DNA from: Polymyxa betae A26-41
Lineage: Eukaryota > Protista > Endomyxa: Phytomyxea
Length of the DNA: 53,322 nt
Direction of reading: 5' to 3'
Assembly: GCA_003693705.1 (NCBI GenBank)
Contig: RBZT01000689.1
Location: 1 to 53,322, forward strand
Both the position numbers and the translations under genes were made by a program. This document shows, in pieces, positions 45,486-53,322 of the stretch (position 1 is its first letter; each line of letters starts with the position of its first letter). The notes beneath the pieces are model-generated. The model made no database searches, was not told the DNA's origin, and saw only the letters and a program-made list of their open reading frames with translations.

Positions 45486-45812
45486 GGAGTCCAAAAGTCC
45501 GTAACGTTTGAGTTTTCAAAAGTCCGAAGCGTTTTTAAGAGGATTCAGAGGAGTTTCTGGTCCAGTCTTAAGAATGGAAAGTGAAAACAACTGCGTTTAA
45601 CAAAAACATAAATGTGACGCACTTTACTGAAGCGCGTAGTCAAAATATATCTTGCTTGACTAAGAGGTAACCAGTCCAGAAACTTTCCACCCTATAAGAA
45701 TATCGTCAAAAACTCCGTAGATTTTAACCATACTGCACAAGTATTGACACATTCCCCTCTAAAACAATCACCGGGATTCGGTTCACGAACGCCACGACTC
45801 CTGCCGAAAGAT

Positions 45813-45910
45813 CGGCCGCTCTTTCCACTATGCTGGCCTTTGCTGACAAGCCGGCCGCTCTTTCCACTATTCTGGCCTTTGCTGATACCAGTACAAGCCG
45901 GCCGCTTCTC
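45813..45910. repeat. 36-bp tandem repeat (2+ units)
   Basis: CGGCCGCTCTTTCCACTAT.CTGGCCTTTGCTGA repeated, plus a partial third copy. Confidence 0.85.
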
Positions 45911-46909
45911 ATTGTCAACGGACGACCCGGTGCTTATTTCCCAAGCCCCCAACCGGATCCGGGTGCTGGTGCCGAATCTGTTCTGAATTTCGCATCTGGA
46001 GTACAAGCCGTCGAACTCGAGCACTGGCTGGCGCATCATGGACACCAGCAGGCGGTCTGCAATCCGCAGGACCCCTTCGACACACATATGACATCATGAT
46101 TGACAGCCATCCTTGGCATTCAGCCCATACATGAAGTCATTTTTTAAAATACAGCCATTATGAAGAATTGCTTTGTCAATTTGATTTTTTACCAACAGTT
46201 ATCAGGAGTTAGGAGGCGGGAATCGGGCTGCGTATCATACCAACATCAGCAACACAGGCATAAGCGTCATTTTCGCGGATATTGAAAATAACCTTGTGTG
46301 TGAATGAAGTTTTTATTTTGCTTGTCCATGTTTCAGATTCTGACCCTTATTTCAACTTGATTTTCATTCAAGATGGGAAGCAGAAAATGACGTTTCCAGT
46401 CAAAAGACCGAGATCATTGCACTAGCTACAGACGGGACAGGAGAGCATTCTGTCTCTACAATTTGAAGAGCGGCATACTGCATACATATCCATATACCGT
46501 TACTCGAGCAAATATCATATCGTGGACATGTAAGAAGAGCAGAACGTCCTTGCCGAAATTTGTGTAGAGACAATAAAATCATGGATCTGACCGGCATCTA
46601 TTAGATTTCAGGGTTGCTACCATAAAACGAAAAAAAACCTTGAATGCACCCGACCGGTGTACGGGATGGTTACTATACGTTACATTGTAGACTCGATAGG
46701 CAGTCACGGAGAAGCCATATTTTCAAAAAGTGCGCTTGCACTTTATCTGAAACCGATTTGAAAGAATGTTGAATTGAGTCGCACTGTAGCCCGAAGACCC
46801 CGACAATGTTGAATTAAGATGAGTCGCGTTGTAGGCCGCAGATCCCATCACCCCGACCCCGTCACCCCGACCCCGCCCAGGTCAGAGACACCATCCATTT
46901 ACAATTCAG

Positions 46910-48122
46910 ATCATCAGAATTGTTGTCCTGTTAGGCGTCGTTGGAAGCCATTGTGCTGTCAAGGCGAGCTTCGCTCCTCATGAATACGGATGCTCCCGAT
47001 TCCACAACTATCTGGGTCCGCAACACAGCTGGGAGAATGATCTCGCCCCTGCATTTCTGAACAACGATTTCGTCGTGGTGATCCACGGTGTGGTGGCCGC
47101 CGGAAAATCGTCCCTTATCAAATTGCTCTGTGGACCCCAGAATGGTCTACAGATCGGCCCCAAATTCCCAGACGGCAGCAACATTCGAAGTGTCACCGAC
47201 CGAGCCGACATTTATCTCTGCCGGTCTCGAACCAGTCCTCGGTCCGCCGCCATCTTTGTCATCGATACTCCCGGCTTCGGGGAACCCGACGAGGCCGGCC
47301 AACTACGCGCCCTAGAAGGCGTCGACCGTGCATATCTATTGGCCCGAGAGCAGCGAACCCCTCTCAGGCGAATCTATTTCTTACTGGACTGGACCGACCC
47401 GAAAGAAGCCATTCCGCGCAACCTGGAAAACCACCTCCGTATCCTGCTTGTCCGATATGGACCCTTGAGCATCGCGGATCCGCTTCGTCATCAGCAAGTC
47501 CGATCTGTTGACGAACGACAGCAAGGACCTGGCAAGGAAAGGCTGGACATAATATCAAGCTGTTTCGAGACGATATTCAATCAGAAGCCGCATTCGAAAA
47601 CCGTCATTTTCATTGCTGCGACATTGAATGGGAATGCTCGTCAGCTATCACACGATCTAACCATGGCTTCCGAACAACGAGTCTGCGAAGGCGATTTGCC
47701 ACCGACTTTATGTCCGGGTGGTAAATTCGCTCACATGCAGAACTATCTGGAGATGCTCGATTTGCTTGGTTTCCTGATCAAAGATTACAGTTTCGAGAAT
47801 GTTCGAATTGATCACGAACGGGAACCCTCAAGTCTTGTGACGCTACGGTCGTCAATCAAGGATTTGGCCTCTCGAATCGCCCAGCTTCTGAAAGAATATG
47901 AAACGACGTTTGACAAGAAGGCAGATGACGAGCGTATCGCTCTATACAACGTTTGGATGGATTCCGGGTCCCGGAACAATCACGGCGGTTGCTTGCGGGA
48001 TTGCAAGCGTTAAGCATCGAGAGTATGCGAGAACTGCGGAAAAATATCGATATCAGGTGGACACATTGAATGGGCAGTTGCCCACTGATCTGGCGCTGTA
48101 TTGCGGTGTCAATCGTTGCTAA
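46910..48122 (+). pseudogene. Frameshifted signal-peptide-bearing TRAFAC P-loop GTPase (AIG1/septin-like)
   Basis: G1 GVVAAGKSS, G2 SVT and G3 VIDTPGFG are in ORF 47075. The G4-like RFVISKSD lies in the +1 frame (47493-47504), and the C-terminus appears to continue in the frame of ORF 47898. In-frame upstream IIRIVVLLGVVGSHCAVKA is signal-like but has no ATG. Confidence 0.7.
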
Positions 48123-48127
48123 ATACC

Positions 48128-48904
48128 GTGCCCACTCCGATAACCGATACTCCGATAACCGATATACTCCGATATCCGATAATTTTTTGGGAATTTCGGA
48201 TCGGTACTATGGATGATATCCAATATGACTGGGGGTTTTCTATTATCAAATATCCGATACCAAAATCGCGAAATATCGGTTATCAGAAATTCATAAAAAC
48301 TGAAGGAATCAGCAATGCTTGATTGTATTTTGAGGTTATTCAATCGAAGAACGAAATAAATCATGATTCGACCGTTGCTGAAGGAATCTTCACGCATCTG
48401 TTGCCTGGATTACGGTTAAATCATGAATTACTGTCCGGACTTTGCGCTGAAACTCCGGATCTTTATCTAACATCACAAGTCAAAACCACTGTTCGGAGAG
48501 CATGAATTCGCTGCTCAAGAGGAATCATTTCCTATACGTCGATCGTCATCATCATCCTGGATTTCATCCTCGCACGGACACTCTTCGACATTACACTTCA
48601 GGCCTTCTCATACTGAGCAATATCCGCATCTGTCAGGTTTAAATGGAATTAGGGCTCCATGACGTTTGAAGATGCAGAGAGTTTAGAGCACACAAGTTAG
48701 AGAATCTGCTGAACAGACCTCGCACTCCGTGGAAAATTTTTCACAAATATAAAATAAGCTCAATGATTTCTCAGAAAACTGCGCGACTGGTCTGCACTGA
48801 CGCACATTTGTCTGCGTACGCAAAATTTGTATTGATATCCGATATTTCTTGATATCCGATGCGAACCCCCGACTCCCGGTAGTATCGGTTATCAGAGTAG
48901 GCAC
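48128..48904. mobile_element. Non-autonomous TIR element (hAT-like subterminal CCGATA repeats)
   Basis: 23-bp TIRs GTGCCCACTCCGATAACCGATAC (48128-48150) and GTATCGGTTATCAGAGTAGGCAC (48882-48904), 2 mismatches. Clustered CCGATA motifs at both ends; TSD degenerate. Confidence 0.8.
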
Positions 48905-49059
48905 ACGATAGATTTGTGATCGGGTGAATTACCAGCTGAGAAAGCAGGTTGTAGAGGTCCCATGATATTCTGAGCCCCGGTACTTTCACACCAAGCATCA
49001 AGACGAGTCACAAAGGTGGGATCAGATTTATTAACAACTCATTGATCGTCTGACATATA

Positions 49060-49274
49060 CCGTAATTCGTGCCGAAATAACCCCCTACGCACTTTTTTTG
49101 TAAATGCGATTGCGGGTTCAAAACTGGAACATTTGCCGTGAAATTAAAAAAAAAGAATATTAAAACATTTCTCTAAAATGTCATCTAAAAATAGTTATCG
49201 AAATCGTTCTCAGAGTTGAGAAATTTCGAAAATACAAAGTGCGTAACTGGGGGTTATTTCGGCAAGAATCACGG
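49060..49274. mobile_element. Tc1/mariner(pogo)-type MITE, 215 bp
   Basis: TA-CCGTAATTCGTGCCGAAATAACCCCC ... GGGGGTTATTTCGGCAAGAATCACGG-TA: 26-bp TIRs with 2 mismatches, TA TSD, AT-rich interior. Confidence 0.9.
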
Positions 49275-49662
49275 TAGCATTTCATGTAGGATATGGGCGT
49301 TGATTGTCTCAGGGGTTAGTTCGTGGTTATAGTCGGCCAGTACGTCATTGGTCACCACCCGTATGTACCGAATCCGTCTGAGGAATATCTGTTTTCGCCA
49401 TACAAGTGCCAGTGGATAAAATTTTCTAATAAATGTAAACCGTTATAAGTGCGCAATGAAAATATTTTATTCGAAAAATCTCGACGCTGTTCGAAAGCAT
49501 AATTGAGATCTATCGTTTGGCGCTGAGTTTCCTCAGGAAGGTGTTCTTGTCACCGAATTCTAAAATTACAGAATTAAGCTGTCCGCAAACCGTCTTCATC
49601 ATTACGATTGTGTCGATACCATCACAGACGTTGCTCTGTATTGATTGAAATAGATTGAGAGG

Positions 49663-50995
49663 CTATGGGCGTGAATCCGACAAGGCCAGGATGCGATCAA
49701 TGTCGATATCTGGGAGATGTAGAATGGGTACGAAGGCCAAGTCCGGGACCGGCGTGCGTCGAAGCTGATCGGAGACATTGGGCAGGTCGGCCGTCGGGAT
49801 GAAGGCCGTGGCGACCAGAACGCGCGATCTTCCTTGTCGACCGCATCGCTCTGGAGCTGGACCAACTGGAAAATAACGAACTAGATGGCCCGGGTCTGAT
49901 AAAAGTCAGTCATATGAAATGTAACATAACATAAAGAGCTGTTTTGCTTCATTTCCAGTTTTCGTTTCGAGAAATGGTCGCTGTAACATATACAGAAAGA
50001 TTTTGTGAATGTTATATAATTTCAACATGAATTTTTTTTTGCAGATTGTTTCCAAAATTCATTTTCCAGAAAACCCAACATCACGGGGATTTCAAAATAA
50101 ATTTTTTCAATTTCGGATAAAACAATTTCCTGTTAAAACTTCAAATCGGGCCGAACTCAGCGGACGCGAGTTTTGTTACCTTCGAAAAGTGTTTGGATTG
50201 AGGCACGGCGGACGAAATACAGCGGATTGAATGTGTCGTGCTCATAGCGAATATGGGCCAACAGGGTCTTCAGATCGCGAAGCGCGTAGTGGCACAGAAT
50301 GCACATATGCCCGGTCCGTACGGGGATGCCGTCGACCTGGTCGAGATAGTCCGGACTTTGGTGCGTCATGTACCGGCGTAGCGACGGGTGCGATTCATCC
50401 ACGATGGGCAGGCTGCGCTCCTGCTGTGCCTCGGTCAGAAACAGCATTGTTCGAAACCCTAAACCCTAAACTTGAACTGCTACCAATGTCTCAAAAGACG
50501 GTTTTAGAGAGCGAATCCAGAAAAAATTTATTGCGACTAAAGGAGATTGTTAGCTAAATGAATCCGTTAGAAATGAAGCTAAATTTTTTTCAAAATTTTT
50601 ATAAAAACAGCTTCAGCTGATCGCTAGCAGTATTCAGATCGTATGAAGAAAACATTTCAAATGTTTCTCCAATCAGGCCTCACAATGAACATATTGACGT
50701 CGATCGTGGGCTCGAGATTGTGAACAGCCCGCGGATGGTGCGTACGCAACGCCGAGCAAATGGCTTGCGAGCACAGCCGACATATCAGGACATTGAGTTT
50801 GATGTTCCGGATGTATCCGAGCGTAATGAGCTCCGGCGGCAGATACGCATCGATGTTCGGTAAGCGCGCCGCCTTCTGCCACGACGCTTGCGACGTGATT
50901 TCGCATTCGGCTTTGTGCGCAAGTAGGTCGGCCTCGCTCGCGAACGATCGCCGGCAGCTGGAGCGCGGACATCGGCTTCTTCCGCCGACCGCCAT
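49663..50995 (-). CDS. Multi-zinc-finger protein, DUF3505/OrsD-like (3 exons)
   Basis: Exons 50995-50684, 50420-50180 and 49865-49663 are in frame. Contains CPRSSCRRSF..DLLAHKAEC, VLICRLCSQAI..LRTH...H, VDGIPVRTGHMCILCHY..L.TLLAHIRYEH and IQTLF (DUF3505-type pattern). C-terminal QLRRTPVPDLAFVPILHLPDIDID. Confidence 0.75.
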
Positions 50996-51945
50996 TGTCG
51001 AGATTCGATTTCGCTGTGACGAAGCTTTGAATCTTGTTGCAGTTGCTGTCTGAATCTGTGGTCTCTCCAACTGTGATGATCTTCAACACAAGATTCGAGT
51101 TGTGACTCAATACAATTTTAACGCTATTTTAAAACTTTTTCAAAAAAAATTTCAGTAGCACGCTCTATAGCAAACGGTTTTTTTTTTAGTATTTCATCCT
51201 TCACGAAAACGGATCTTCCGAACTCGATCCTTAGAGCCTAAACATGGCGAACTTTATCATTTTCTACCGGAAGGTATTCTCAATCTTTCAGCATACTGAT
51301 GTCGCTATGCAATCCTGCATTTTCGACTATCAGAGGCTTATCCATTTTCTTTAAGGGTTCGGCTCTCAATTTGCCCGGTCAGGCTTCTGCTCGTATTGTT
51401 TTTTTTATGAGTCGAATATACAGCTAAGAGGTCAGTCAAAATCGAGCACTTTAACGATGTAAAGGTTAATAGGCTTGGTGATGGCGTCTACTGTCTTTAT
51501 TGAATTCAGCTCACACAACTCTTCTACATAGAAAGCGTCCTCACACTCCAATACCACACATCCGAGTAAGCACCCAAACCCTAAGCATATCCAGCTTGTG
51601 TATTTCAGAAGTTTCTGTCCAGCATCTAGTCAATTCTGCGGTGTTGAAAAATCTGGGTTTTAACAGAAGCGACCCATTTATGATTGCTTCAAAAATTTGT
51701 GGTCTTTGAAGCGGGTCGCAATCAGGATCCATTTCCCTCAGCGTTAGCGCCTACGAAGACTTCATCTGGTATTACAGAATCGCCACAATCTTGATTGATG
51801 TTAGAGAGCCCAGATGCCGAGATCCGCTCAGGGACAAAATACGTGAAAAACGATAATCGATTTCTGTATGAAATCATGCCGTTTATCAAGGCTGATGTAC
51901 GACACCGTATGGAGCTCTTTATGAAGAACTTCATAACATTAACAT

Positions 51946-52160
51946 GAAGGCTGACCTGATATTGGCCAATGTTTGACTAATTCATTGTCTTTAACCCGAA
52001 GACTGCCAAGATATTGACCAGTTTTTTGACTAATTGGCTAATTGCCTTTAATACGAAGGCTGTCCTGATATTGATCAATTTTTTGACTGATTCGTTGTCT
52101 TTAGCACGAAGACTGCTCTAATATTGACCAGTTTTTTTACTACATTGTCTTTAACACGAT
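51946..52160. repeat. Minisatellite, about 55-bp unit x4
   Basis: GAAG(G/A)CTG....ATATTG.CCA.T.TTT.GACT...ATTG.CTTTAA repeated at about 51946, 51998, 52054 and 52108. Confidence 0.85.
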
Positions 52161-53322
52161 TTTTATAGGCTTTTCTGTCATTCGAAAACATGATTAGTTT
52201 GAGAGAAATTTTGCGTGGATTTTCAGCAGGCGGAAATCTGGACAAATTCGCCACAACAACGTCCTAATTCTCAGCCAGTCACTTGTCAATGGTTCTAGTT
52301 AACGCTACATGTACGTTACTAAACAGTCTTGTAACGTGTCCCCAACCTCAGCAAGTGCTCATTGGCAGTACAGATGACTTGTATTACACGCACGAAGTTT
52401 ACGTTACCCGACTGCCGATTCACTACAGTTTATGGATCGGGCGCAGCCCATGGGGTCGGGGCGACCCAACGATCGCTGTCAATGTCACATCTTGAGGTCT
52501 GAGGCGGTTGTGGATGACGGATGGTCAAGGGGGAGACATAGCAAGAAAAAACTCTCAAACATCGTCTCACGTTTCGATACGCCTCTATCATATCATCCTT
52601 CAGAAACAGCAATATAACAGACTTAAATACAACAGTATAGAAGCAGCCAGAGCTTATAAGAAAATGTTACAGAAATCTTACAAACACGGCTGTCCAATCG
52701 AGTGTGTTGTATGTGATAGATGCTGGGAGACCATCAAGAGATCGAGACATTGGTAGGGTTTAGGGTTCAACCCCCTGTAGGATTGGACCGACAAGTGGCT
52801 GCCTTCAAGTCTCTAAGCCCTCCGAGGCTCCGAAGGGCTGAACATTCGATCATCATCCACGGGCTGATTTATCTCCGAAAATAAAAATTTAGTAGGAGAA
52901 CCTGGACAATCGAACGTCTGCCAGAGCTGAAATTAATGCCGAAGCTCCAGTTAACATTTCCATTGATGCCGTCATCTGACGGCATCAATGGGGCAGCATT
53001 CCAAGGACGTTCTCAGCTGGAGCCGTACTGGAAGAGGAGTCCAGTGGCGGATCACCTCCATAATGTTACACAGCGACATTAGAGGACGCATGAAACCCGA
53101 AGCTATCCCGAAGGGCTAGGTTTTTAGGGTTTCATAACAGCACAAAACGGGCATAGAAACCAGATTAGCAGCAAAGAGGAGTTTATCAGCAAAGAGCCTC
53201 ATAATACAGAATCGTCACCATCTTCATGATCTTTTACAGCGTGATCATCCAATAAGATCGCGATCTCCGAACCTTCCGCCGCATAAAAACGGGCAGTGTG
53301 GCGCCTCTCGTCGACAAGTCTC

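Noticed and set aside
51946-52160. Regularly spaced repeats resembling a CRISPR array (also 23300-23480)
   Set aside because: Whole units are repeated with no unique spacers, there are no cas genes, and the context is eukaryotic.
52508-52756. CxxC-containing ORF as a possible Fanzor/TnpB zinc finger
   Set aside because: No RuvC motifs and no long ORF; I found no Fanzor-like gene anywhere in the window.

Overview
Eukaryotic nuclear DNA, with short GT-AG introns (many 44-80 nt) and no operons, rRNA or CRISPR. Gene content (ankyrin proteins, expanded 7TM-like receptors, signal-peptide effector-like genes) and scattered T(2-5)AGGG tracts suggest a plasmodiophorid (Phytomyxea)-like parasite, but that is inference only. 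The window has three parts. (1) About 1-32.5 kb is repeat-rich. It holds LTR, MULE, DIRS-like, hAT and Harbinger debris, plus GC-rich paralogues: two PA-domain multi-TM receptor-like genes, two F-box-like/ankyrin-like genes (one with a signal peptide) and a small zinc-finger gene. (2) About 32.8-44.4 kb is a compact island of intact genes: AT-hook/chromodomain protein, a small hydrophobic protein, an ankyrin+LRR-like+multi-TM protein, a stand-alone Vms1/ANKZF1-type VLRF1 protein, a cyclase/kynurenine-formamidase-family hydrolase and an SMP-like membrane protein. (3) About 44.4-53.3 kb is again MITE-rich, with a frameshifted secreted-looking P-loop GTPase and a DUF3505/OrsD-like zinc-finger gene paralogous to the one at 14 kb. 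Exon structures were reconstructed by hand from splice signals and reading-frame continuity. All domain calls come from motif recognition; no database searches were run.
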